Of a stretch of 64,000 bases of DNA, positions 25,710 to 37,100 are shown one piece after another. The DNA comes from Azolla caroliniana (Eukaryota > Plantae > Polypodiophyta). The position numbers and the translations under genes were made by a program. Within the stretch, counting starts at the first letter, position 1; each line of letters opens with the position of its first letter. The stretch lies in the NCBI GenBank assembly GCA_043228905.1, contig JBHGNT010000017.1, forward strand, positions 7,626,001 through 7,690,000, written 5' to 3'. The notes beneath the pieces are model-generated. The model made no database searches and had not been told where the DNA came from. It worked only from the letters and a program-made list of their open reading frames with translations.

Positions 25710-25721
25710 TGGTATCAGAGC
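25710..25721 (+). other. tRNA-iMet primer-binding site of C1
   Basis: TGGTATCAGAGC directly after the LTR end ...TTTACA. Confidence 0.92.
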
Positions 25722-25810
25722 GTGAGGGTTGAGAACCTCTCTAGCTGATTTTAGCTCAAAGAAGAAAACCTAACCTTCGTAAAGAACAGAAAAAAAAAAA
25801 GGATAGAGGC

Positions 25811-26855
25811 ATGGCTAGTTCGCTTCCAACAAAGAAGCTCAACAGAAACAACTACGTGTCTTGGTCTTACAAGATGCACCAGTACCTGCTCGGGCACGGT
25901 TACTAGAGCTATGTCGACGGAGCAAATGACACATCACCTGATTCGACACACAAAGACTTCCCGGCGTGGGAATAGTTGGCGAGCAGAGTCCTCTACTGCT
26001 TCGCATCTTGTGTGGGCAAACAACTTCTAAGCTACATTCAGGATGCGAAAACGCCGAAAAATGCTTGGGGAAATCTGAAAAAGATTTTCACCGCAAGCAC
26101 CACAGCCAGAAACCTTCAACTCCGACAGGAGCTGAGCAACTTACAACAACGTGACTTGTCGGTGGTTGATTACACCTCGAAGATCAAAGAGATATGCGAC
26201 TCCTTAGCCTCTATCGATGTGAACGTCTAGGAAGGCGAGATGGTGCAGATCTATCTCGGGGAACTGGCATCAAAGTTCGGAGCGTTTTGAACTGCTGTGT
26301 GTACACGGGAGAATACGTTGTCGTTTTTCGACCTACAGTTGATGCTCCTTATAGAGGAGAACCACGCGGGTGCGTTGACAAGCACGCATGCCGACAACAA
26401 GATGCTGTACACAGAGGGAGATAGGCCCCGTGGTCATGGCGGACGAGGCGAGTTGGTGCGCAATGGAAGCGGCCGACGGGACCGAGGAAGGAGGCACCGA
26501 AGTGATGCCAACAGCGATTCCGGACCCTCTAGAACCAGGGGGAGTTGGGGCGACGAGAACCGACATGGGAAATCCGCTGCGGAATGCTGGTACTGTGGCA
26601 AGAAAGGCCACAAGGAGAGTGAGTGCTGGAAGGAGCACGCCGATTCGGAGAGGACTGGATCCGGATCAGGTTCCAGACAAACCGACAAGGGTAGTTGGCA
26701 ACGATCGCACTACGTCGAAGTATCTTGAAAAGCCGAAAAAGCCGAAAAAGGGTCAGCCTTCGTGACGAGACACGAAGCGAACTGGATGAAGAAGTCCACC
26801 CTGAAATCGGACGAGGTGTGGTACGTCGACTCCGGCGCATCAAACCACATGACGT
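25811..26855 (+). pseudogene. gag: C1 gag and start of protease (decayed)
   Basis: NY..WSYKM motif, zinc knuckle, WYVDSGASNHM; several stops. Confidence 0.85.
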
Positions 26856-27560
26856 TGTCGTAGTGTATTCCACACACTACGTGAAAACCATAAAATAATA
26901 TATCCGATTTTAGATACATATAAATAAATAAATAATATATCAAAAGAATTTATCACGTGCATAGGGCAGGATTCGAACCATGCACCTCCACGTAGATAAA
27001 CCCCAACTTTACCATTGTAATAACTTATCTTTAGTGTTATAAATATAGATTTAATACGTATAAGACCTTTATTTACACATACCTTTATTAAAAGGTAAAA
27101 ATCGTGTATTCTTTAGAGTGTGAATATTTTATTTACACGTGCCATTAAAAGTGACTCATGCACATCTAGCGTGCATGAGCCCTATATTTAGGAAATGACA
27201 AAGCATCACATGCACATTTAGTGTGCATGGACACTTTAGGTGAAAAAGCATGAAGCCATGCTTAGCCTCTGCCATCTTTATATAAGGAGGAGAGAAATAT
27301 GTATAAGGTTGTTGATTAATATACAAGGTTTGATCAATCTAATATATTCGTGGGATTCACGAATTTTGCCATCTAATTGCTCTTATAATCTAAATAATGT
27401 TTTAAAATACACTAAACTCGTGGGATTCACGAGATTGCTATCTTACTTCTCTTCCTATTATTCATAACTAGCCTTAAGTTGTATTCCTCTTCCTCCTAGT
27501 CCAAAACCTCGGCGGTTCCCACCCGACTCACGCAACGATCCAGAGCCGAAAGGCACGACA
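26856..27560 (+). repeat. 5' LTR of G3 (705 bp)
   Basis: Nearly identical to the rejoined 3' LTR. Confidence 0.94.
26965..27026 (-). promoter_or_regulatory. tRNA-like Pol III A/B-box cassette in U3 of G3 LTR (antisense); second copy at ~33529-33590
   Basis: Perfect B box GGTTCGAATCC (26979-26969) in a GCATGG/CCTGC stem; A-box-like TATTACAATGG 44 nt upstream. Confidence 0.65.
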
Positions 27561-27564
27561 CAGT

Positions 27565-27582
27565 TGGTGAACCCGACGTGAA
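27565..27582 (+). other. tRNA-Trp primer-binding site of G3
   Basis: TGGTGAACCCGACGTGAA, complementary to the 3' end of plant cytosolic tRNA-Trp as recalled (..TTCACGTCGGGTTCACCA). Confidence 0.85.
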
Positions 27583-27599
27583 GACCGGGTGGCAAGGAG

Positions 27600-29642
27600 A
27601 TGGAAAATCAACCGGAGGCTAACAACATGATGATGATGTTCGAGCGCATGCTACAAGAACAACGCGCGATGTCGGAGATAGCGGCATCAGTGGAGCAGCT
27701 CGTGCAACGAAACGGGCAATTCAACGGGAAAGACGTGTCGCGGTATCTTCGGGACTACAAGGCGGAGATGCTACGGTGCGGAATATCGGAAGGACTGCAA
27801 GTGACGTCCTTCAACCGGGTGGCGACCGACGGGCTTCAAGCAAGCATCCATGGACTACGACAGCAAAATCCGACATGGGAGGCGTTTGAAGTAGAGCTAA
27901 AGAGGACGTTCGCCATCGAGGATTCCTCCAAGGCGACGCGAAGGGGATTCGAAGATTGGGTGGAGACGCCGGACAAGGGATTGAAGGTCGTTGATGTGTT
28001 TTCGGCATTCGAAAGCCGGTTCGGGAGGTTGTCCGCGAGAGATCAAGCTATCCTTGTACCGGACAAGGTGATCATGTTCTTGCGAGCCGTGGACGTCCGG
28101 GACCGGAAAGATCTCGGAGTGCTCTTGGAGGACACGACCACGGAGAGCGGCCTCACCGAAACATGGGAAAGTGTGCGGGATATCGTCGCGCGATACACGA
28201 AGAGGGGGCAATGGCTTGCCGATGAGGAAAAGAGGGTTTCGGAACCGATTCCGAAACCGAGAACCGGATTGGAAGACCATCAACTGAGGGCTCGAGAGAC
28301 TACAACCGAGAAGGGGATTGATGCATCTACGATGGAGCAACTATTGAAGGAGATGGAGAATCTGAAGATCGCGATGGTGAAGAAGTCGGATGACCGCCCC
28401 ACAAGCTCCAAGTATACGGACCGACGGTGCATATGGTGCGATAGCGCCGAACACGATCGGAGGGATTGCGACGAGCATAAGGAGGTGCTACGGCGGGATC
28501 TCATCTACTACGAGGGAAACCGGATTCATTCGATGGACTCTCGGAAGCCACTCCGACCGAACTTCCGGAAAGGCGGCATGAAGAAAGTGCTCAAGGAGGA
28601 ATTGGCGGCAAGAAGCAACTATGCGACAACCGCGGGAATATGTGTTGGGGAGTCATCGAGAGCAAAGACGTCTTTTTGGCCAAAAGTTCTAGAAAACACC
28701 GAGAAAACCGACTCCAACGAGATCCGAAGCACCGCGGAAGGCGTCCGGGAAGCTACGGGATGGGAGTGCCCTGTCGACAAGAATAGCGTATACGCCCTGT
28801 GTCAATTGCATAAGGTGTATGTGGACGAGAAACGACGACGCACGGAGGATGCGGCCGGGCCATCGAAGATACCGGAAAGCTGGAACTCCGGAGGTAAGGG
28901 AAAAGAAAAGGCGACTCCGGCATTCAAGCTCGCCTCAGACATAGAACAACAAACCGACTTGAAAAGAGTGTTCGAGGAAAGAATCTTGGATAGCCGGGTA
29001 GATTTCTCGCTTCGGGAGCTACTCGGAATAGCAAAGAAGGAGTTCCACGATCTTCTCGTGGATCTCGTGAAGCGAAAAAGACAAAGTACGGAGGAAAATG
29101 CTCCAAGGGTGAATGCGAACACCGTTTTAATGAACGACACTGAAGTGGAGGACGAAATTCCGAACTCCCACTATACAAGGCCACATTGGGCACGCGCGAC
29201 TACGGAGACTCTGGTCCGAATCGGCAACATCAAAGAACCCGTGCTAGCATTGATTGATCACGGATCGGAGATCAACTTGATGTCCAAGGAGTTCTACCAG
29301 AAGGGGAAGTGGCCTATTAACACCAACCATGGATGGAAGATTTGGGCGGCCACCAAAGCAACGGAAGATCTATTTGCGGCTTGTCCGGATGTGACAGTGA
29401 AGATCGGGGATGTCGAGATCGACCAAAATTTCTTCGTGCAAGATGAGGTTTCACATGCCGTCATCCTCGGCCAACCCTTTATCACGGCATCACGGATGGA
29501 GACGAAGGTGCTCGATAGCGGTGCGGCTTTTGCGCGAATTCGGAGCCAAAACGGTGGGAAATCCGTCCAATTCCTAACGGTGCCGGCAAATCACAAAAGG
29601 AACAAGAGGGAACTCTTGTCCCAAGTGAGAATGGATTTTTAA
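27600..29642 (+). CDS. gag: G3 Gag-protease polyprotein (680 aa)
   Basis: Intact ORF; zinc knuckle CIWCDSAEHDRRDC; protease LIDHGSEINLM and VILGQPF. Confidence 0.9.
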   Translation: MENQPEANNMMMMFERMLQEQRAMSEIAASVEQLVQRNGQFNGKDVSRYLRDYKAEMLRCGISEGLQVTSFNRVATDGLQASIHGLRQQNPTWEAFEVELKRTFAIEDSSKATRRGFEDWVETPDKGLKVVDVFSAFESRFGRLSARDQAILVPDKVIMFLRAVDVRDRKDLGVLLEDTTTESGLTETWESVRDIVARYTKRGQWLADEEKRVSEPIPKPRTGLEDHQLRARETTTEKGIDASTMEQLLKEMENLKIAMVKKSDDRPTSSKYTDRRCIWCDSAEHDRRDCDEHKEVLRRDLIYYEGNRIHSMDSRKPLRPNFRKGGMKKVLKEELAARSNYATTAGICVGESSRAKTSFWPKVLENTEKTDSNEIRSTAEGVREATGWECPVDKNSVYALCQLHKVYVDEKRRRTEDAAGPSKIPESWNSGGKGKEKATPAFKLASDIEQQTDLKRVFEERILDSRVDFSLRELLGIAKKEFHDLLVDLVKRKRQSTEENAPRVNANTVLMNDTEVEDEIPNSHYTRPHWARATTETLVRIGNIKEPVLALIDHGSEINLMSKEFYQKGKWPINTNHGWKIWAATKATEDLFAACPDVTVKIGDVEIDQNFFVQDEVSHAVILGQPFITASRMETKVLDSGAAFARIRSQNGGKSVQFLTVPANHKRNKRELLSQVRMDF

Positions 29643-29696
29643 AGCGGACTGTTGCGGAGTGGGGAAGTGATAGTCCAAGAAGCCCTGATACCCCAC
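29633..29696 (+). promoter_or_regulatory. Putative -1 frameshift signal with pseudoknot between protease and RT of G3
   Basis: G GAT TTT directly before TAA; 6-nt spacer; stem GGACTGTTGC/GTGATAGTCC; loop GTGGGG complementary to CCCCAC at 29691; -1 frame open into the RT ORF. Confidence 0.7.
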
Positions 29697-30650
29697 ACAG
29701 GAAGAAAACTCTCGGAGCAAAACATGTACAAATCAGTCTGGATGGGGCATCTACGTACACGACCGTAACTGGAGGATTGAAGAAAGGATACCGAGAAGTG
29801 GAGGATAAGTTGCGGGCAGCATCAATAATAAAAGAAGATGAAGAAATCGTGGGGATAGTCGAAGAAGTGTTCTATGGGAGCACGCTACAACGACTTGAAG
29901 AGCTTGCGGAAGATAAAAGCCAAGGGAACCGAGTAGTCCCGGTGGAATCAGTCGAGATGTACGAGATCATTGCGAAAATGGAGCCGGATACGCTCCGCAA
30001 AGAAGAAGCAATGGTAAGTACGAAATACAAGACCGTGGAGAAGAAGGTGAAACCGGCCGCGGGATCACTACCCGCCGATAGCGAACAAAAGAGGAAAGAA
30101 GTCTTGGGAGATCCGACACTTCGGAAGTCCGTGGATATCGGACATGCCTTCACGGATGAGACCCAGAAGAAACTTCGGATCGGTGGAGGTGGGTTCCTAT
30201 TACAAAAAGAAGAAGAACGGTTTCGCGAGATGTTGGAGCAACACGGCAAAGCGTTTGCATTTACATCAAGGGAGATAGGGTGCGTCGATCCGAGAACAGT
30301 GGAACCGATGGTGATCTTCACGATTGACCATGTACCGTGGAACCTGAAGCCGATTCCGGTGCCACGAGCGCATATTCCGAAAGTCATTGACTTGCTCAAG
30401 GAGAAGGTGGCGATGGGGATTCTAGAGCCATCAACTGCTCCGTACTCAAATCGATGGTTTACGGTTCCGAAGAAGAATGGGTCACTCCGATTTATCCAAG
30501 ACTTGCAACCGGTGAATAAGGTCACGATCCGGAACTCGGGAGTCGGTCCGATAGTGGACGAATTTGCGGAAGCTTTTGCCGGTCGTGCGATATACTCCAT
30601 TGGAGACCTATACTCGGGGTATGACCAATTCCAACTAGCCGTGGAGAGCC

Positions 30651-31026
30651 GAGACATCACAACCATGAGAACACCGATAGGATTAGTCCGAATGTGCACA
30701 CTACCACAAGGAGCGACAAACTCGGTTGCTCATATGATGAACGCGATGAACAAGGTGCTTCGAGACTGCATTCCGGAGATAACGATGCCGTTCCTCGATG
30801 ACATTCCGATGAAAGGATGCGCGGTAGAAGAAAAAGATGAGACATCACAACCATGCGAACACCGATAGGATTAGTCCGAATGTGCACACTACCACAAGGA
30901 GCGACAAACTCGGTTGCTCATATGATGAACGCGATGAACAAGGTGCTTCGAGACTGCATTCCGGAGATAACGATGCCGTTCCTCGATGACATTCCGATGA
31001 AAGGATGCGCGGTAGAAGAAAAAGAT
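30651..31026 (+). repeat. 188-bp tandem duplication in G3 RT
   Basis: 30651-30838 repeated at 30839-31026, bounded by GAGAC microhomology. Confidence 0.9.
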
Positions 31027-33644
31027 GAGACTATGGATGATCTGGGATGCCGAAAGTTCGTGGTCGACCATATTCATGATTGCGAGAAAGTGTTGCGAAA
31101 GCTAGAAGATGTGCACCTAACACTTTCCGGGGAGAAATCGGCATTCGGGCAAGAAGAAATATTGGTGGTCGGACATCTATGTGGGCCCTACGGCCGAAGA
31201 CCGTCACCAACAAAGATCGATGCGATTCAAGCTATGGAGGAAGTATGCGAGTCAACATCCGAAGTCCGAAGGTTTCTCGGTGCATGTGCATTCTATCACA
31301 TATGGATTCCGCACTATGCACATATAGCGGACCCGCTCTACCACTTGTTGCGGAAAGGTAAGAAATTCGAATGGAAACCGGAACACACCAAAGCCATGAA
31401 GAAATTGAAGAAGACACTTCGGAGGGCGGAAGCACTTAAGAAGCCGAGCTATGACCGACCGATCATAGTAACGGTTGATACAAGTCCAACCGGTATCGGG
31501 TGGGTCATCAATCAAGCCGACTCGGATGGTTCGCGGTATCCGATCCGATTCGGAGCAAAGGTTCTCAACGAAAGGCAACGTGGATATGCACAAGTCAAAA
31601 GAGAACTGTGGGGAGTCGTGTCGGCGATAAAATCGGATCGGGATTATTTGATCGGAGCCGAAGTGGTGATCGAGACGGATTGTCTTCCGATACTCGGGAT
31701 GATGCGGTGTTGTACGATACCGGATGTAGCTATGCTAAGGTGGGTTGCATATGTCAAGTCGCTTAATCCGGAGGTTCGACACATCTCGGGGAAGGACAAC
31801 GCGGTAGCGGATATGTTATCAAGGGCTCGGTTCGGAGACGACATAACCGAATCGAATAATGAAGAAGTTTCTGAAGACTACTTCGCGTCGGAGCACATAT
31901 GCCGAGTAAACGTAATCCGAGAATTCCGGGAAGAAGAATACGAGGGAGAAAGCTTGATGATCGGAAAGATGTTACAAGAGGCCGAGGATTCAACAAACGA
32001 TAAAGGAAGAAGAGCCGAGATCCGAAGGAAGAAGAGACAAGTCCAAAAGTTCTTCTTGGAAAACGGATTAATATGGAGGGCGCCGAAAAGACCGGATGGT
32101 ATACCACTTCGAGTAGTCGGGACAAAAGAGCAACGAAACCGGATAATGTCCGAGTTTCATGAATCCGATTGGGCTGGACACCGAGGAACATGGGCAACAT
32201 TTGTGAAGATCAAGCAAAAATATTGGTGGAAGAAAATGTACAAAGATGTCGCGGAGTTCACGGAAAGCTGCGAGAAATGTCAAGTCTACTCCGGGGTTCG
32301 ACATCGAGATGAGTTACATCCGACATTCTCACCAACAATCAACTTCAAGTGGATGGTTGACATAGTGGCCATGCCGACCGGGATCGGACAAAAGAAATAC
32401 TTGGTATTAGCTCGGGAAGATCTCACGAATCAAGTAGAAGGTCGAGCGCTTCAGAGGAAAACGTGTTCCGCGGTATGCCAATTTCTTTTGGAGGAAGTAT
32501 TTTGCAGGTATGGGTGCGTAGGACAAGTGATTGCGGACCGGGGAGAACTCGACTCGGACAAAGCTAGGGGATTCTTCGCCAAACACGGAGTTCGGTTATC
32601 ACTGACAACGGCATACAATCTGGAGGCCAACGGGAAAATCGAACGAGGACATAGTCCGATCGTGAAAGCACTTGTGAAGGCATGTGATGGAAAGGTGAAG
32701 GACTGGCCGCAGATGCTTCCATATGCGCTATGGGCGGATCGGACGACGCATAGCTCCATAACCGGTTACATGCCGGCAGAACTCATGACCGGACAAGCAC
32801 CGGTAATGCTGACGGAAACCGCGATCGCAACATGGACAATGCTACCATGGAAGGAAGAGATGAGCCGGGAAGAACTACTAGCGGTCCGGATACGACAACT
32901 AGAGGGAAGACCGGCAGACATAGCGGAAGCAATACGCCGACAACAAGAAGCACGATTAAGGAACAAAAGCCGGTTCGACACAAAGCACCGACTACGACCG
33001 AGGAGGATTGAAGAAGGAGATTGGGTGATCGTCTATGACAATAGTTTGGACCATCAACATACAACGATGCGGAAATTCGCGAAAAGGTGGTTCGGGCCAT
33101 ACGAGGTTCGGAAAGTCTTCGACAACGGAACGTACCGACTGTCCGAGTTGGATGGAACAATACTACGAGTGCCTATAGCCGGGAAGCGGGTGAAGATTTT
33201 CAAGAAGCGGACCGACGACAAACCCTATGTGATCCAAGCCAAGGCCGACAACGAGGAGCAATCGGATGAAGACCACGGTGATGCGGGAAGCGAAGAAAGT
33301 GAATTACAACTCATAGTCGACATAAGGGGAGAATCGGAGGAAGCTTTGGGTGAAGACGGATATGGGGAATCGAGAACTTCGGCACATACCGGAGGATGTG
33401 CGGGTTCGGAGGGGGCGAGTGTCGTAGTGTATTCCACACACTACGTGAAAACCCTAAAATAATATATCCGATTTTAGATACATATAAATAAATAAATAAT
33501 ATATCAAAAGAATTTATCACGTGCATAGGGCAGGATTCGAACCATGCACCTCCACGTAGATAAACCCCAACTTTACCATTGTAATAACTTATCTTTAGTG
33601 TTATAAATATAGATTTAATACGTATAAGACCTTTATTTACACAT

Positions 33645-33669
33645 GGGTAAAAGCATGCGAGTGGAAACA
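33645..33669 (+). repeat. Left TIR, followed by subterminal AGCTAATTAGCT copies (to ~33750)
   Basis: Inverted repeat of 45557-45581. Confidence 0.95.
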
Positions 33670-34149
33670 CTATTATAGCTAATTAGCTACTAAAATGGCC
33701 ATAGCTAATTAGCTACTAAAATGGCCATAGCTAATTAGCTATTTGTTTAGCTAGTCTTTCTTGTGGGAAAATCAAATATTTGAAAAACTAATTTATGAAA
33801 AAACTCAAATATTTGAACTTCTGTTTCAGACGTAGTGGAACTTGGGGAATATCACCATCATCTAAGGTCGACTTCAATGTCATCAATTTCCTGTTTAGCC
33901 TAAGTCTGATTTTGAACGCAGATGGAGTACTCAGAGCACGAACGCAGACGTAGCTCCCGCAACAGCAAAAAATCGACATTGCAGATTGAGAGCTACAACA
34001 CAGAACCCGCTCGATCATCGTCCAGGTATGTTTCAGTTACAGAAACCCCAAACATTTGTTTTTTCTTTTTGACTACTGTCTGAACTTTGGTGTCGATTCA
34101 TATTTCCCCAAAATCGAATAGGGCGAAGTCCTTGGAGTCCCATACAAGG

Positions 34150-37100
34150 ATGTCTCGCAAATCGGGGAGTAGCAACAGGTGTGTTTATATTACTTTTTTT
34201 GTGTTTAATCCTGTCTTTAGTGATTAGGGTTTGTGATTGAAATTTCTGATTAGGGTTTGTGATTGAAATTTCTGATTAGGGTTTTTGATTATAAATTTCT
34301 GATTAGAATTTCTGAATAGGGTTTCTGGTTACAAATTTTGATTACAAATTAGAATTTCTGAATAGGGTTTTTGTTTATAAATTTCTGCTTAGGATTTCTG
34401 ATTAGGGTTTGTGATTGAAATTTTTTATTAGGGTTTCTGATTGAAATTTCTGATTAGGGTTTTTGATTATAAATTTCTGATTAGAATTTCTGAATAAGGT
34501 TTCTGGTTACAAACTTCTGATTACAGATTTTGATTAGGGTTTCTGATTTCAAACTTCTGATTACAGATTTTGATTAGGTTAAGTTAAAGATTTTGCACCA
34601 TTTTTGTTGTTGTTGATTGGGGTTTTTGATTCTCACATATTCTGATTTTGCACTATTTCTGATTTCTGAAATGATATTTCAGATGGCTCGTTCCTCCATA
34701 TACGAGAGTGCTAAACTTCGCAAAATTTTGCGAGACAAAGGAGGACTTCCACAACACCTATGGTCTGTCACTCGAGGGTGTTGACCCTGCTGTCCTAAGT
34801 GATAAATTGATCAGTGATATAGACTGGATGACAGTATATACAGTGCCTAGAGTCAAAGGCAAGGTCAAGCTGAAGCATGTACGAGCCGACTTGTACGATG
34901 ACTGCATGAGACTGCACCAGAAAGTTCATCAGGAGATCCCAGTCAACAATGAGTTGTCAGTTTCATTTGCTAGAGCATTTGCATATGAGTACAGCAAAAC
35001 AAGGAAGGAATCTAGAGACCCTGAAATGTATAGGGTAGCTTGGGCAGTCTATGGTGAGGCATCGGTAAAAAGATGCCGAAAGATGGGGACCTTGGCACAA
35101 AAAATAGACAGATTTTGGAGCATGGCAGCTGTTGATGCAACTGCCGACTCCCAGCAAGACCGGGGGCATACACCACACCGACACCCAAGGAAAGCCAATG
35201 TCGATGATACAGGTGAGACATTGGTTAGCTATATGCTAAAAAATGTCCATGAAGCCTGTGAGACATTGGCATTTTTTAAGACTGATTTAGAGAAAGCCAC
35301 AATGGCTTCTGCAATGGAGAGCAAAGTTACTTCTGCTGTTACAACAATTAGAAATAAGATTCAGGTAACTATTGTTTTGCTGGTATGTGATTGTGTTATA
35401 AATAACGGGTAAAATGTGCTAATCAAGCATTATCTGGAATAGGTTGCGCAACAGGAGCTTGAATTAGAGGGGCCACTGGATCCCCAGCGTAAAATAGAAC
35501 TGCAAATAGAGATCCAGGTTCTTTCAATGAACCTGGACCTTCTAGGTGTAAATACTGTTGCAGATTACAATTTGGATAAGCTTCAAGTAAGTTAACGATT
35601 CCTGAGCAAAGTTGGTGTATCTTTCAACAACAAGAATAATTAATCGGTAAATTTCTCTGTTGCGTTGAAGGAACAATACATTCATCAAGAACAGGTAGTT
35701 AGCTGCCTTAAGAAGAAGCTACATTTTGTGGAGGGAATGGTAAGGACCAGACAGGATTTGGACCTGAACATTCTTGCTCCCTTACCAAATGAAGTAGAAC
35801 CAGAAAATGATTTATTGACAGTTCAAGCACGTTGCATCGCTTGCGGGTTAGGTGTGGAGGACAAAACTGCGTCTTTGTTGGTTCACCTACAACCATGCAA
35901 CCACACATACCATCTGCTTTGTTTTCAACATGCCTGTCGAATTGCTGCATTCTGTTTGGGAGATTGCAGTACAACTCTACCAAATGAGTGGAGAAAACAA
36001 ACAGGTATACCATACTGTAGCTAATAAGCTTAGTCTTTTCTAATTAGCTATCCTACTAGCTAATTAGCTACTGGCAGCTAATGAGCTACTAGCTAATTAG
36101 CTATCCTAGTAGCTAATTAGCTATGGTACTAGCTAATTAGCTAGTACCATAGTTGTGTAAAAAAGCTAAATAGCTATCCTACTAGCTAATTAGCCACTGG
36201 CAACTAATTAGCTATCCTAGTAACTAATTAGCTACTGCCATAGTTGTGTAAAGTAGCTAATAAGCTATCCTAGTAGCTAGTTAGCTATGGTACTAGCTAA
36301 TTAGCTAGTACCATAGTTGTGTAAAAAAGCTAATTAGCTATCCTACTAGCTAATTAGCTACTAGCAACTAATTAGCTATCGTACTAGCTAATTAGCTATC
36401 CTACTAGCTAATTAGCTATCATAGTAGCTAATTAGCTACTGACATAGTTGTGTAAAGTAGCTAATAAGCTATCCTAGTAGCTAGTTAGCTATGGTACTAG
36501 CTAATTAGCTAGTACCATAGTTGTGTAAAAAAGCTAATTAGCTATCCTACTAGCTAATTAGCTACTGGCAACTAATTAGCTATCCTACTAGCTAATTAGC
36601 TATCATAGTAGCTAATTAGCTACTGACATAGTTGTGTAAAGTAGCTAATAAGCTATCCTAGTAGCTAATTAGCTACTGGCAGCTAATTAGCTGTCCTAGT
36701 AGCTAATAAGCTATCCTAGCTACTACATAGTTGAGAAAGTAGCTAATTAGCTTTCATTGTAGCTAATTAGCTATCCTAGCTACCACCATAGTTAGTAAAG
36801 TAGCTAATTAGCTATCCTAGCTACTACCATAGTTAGTAAAGTAGCTAATTAGCTATCCTAGCTACTACCATAGTTGAGTAAAGTAGCTAATTAGCTACCA
36901 TAGTAGCTAATTAGCTATCCTAGCTACTACTATAGTTGTGTAAAGTAGCTAATAAGCTATCCTACTAGCTAATTAGCTATCCTAGTAGGTAATTAGCTAT
37001 GGTACTAGCTAATTAGCTAGTACTATAGTTGTGTAAAAAAGCTAATTAGGTATCCTACTAGCTAATTAGCCACTGGCAACTAATTAGCTATCCTAGTAAC

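Larger units (their letters stand above)
29633..33462 (+). pseudogene. pol: G3 Pol (RT, RNase H, integrase) disrupted only by a 188-bp tandem duplication
   Basis: ORFs 29777-30868 and 30853-33462; FLDD, VDTSP, GHRG..CEKC, IADRG, GPY motifs. Confidence 0.9.
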
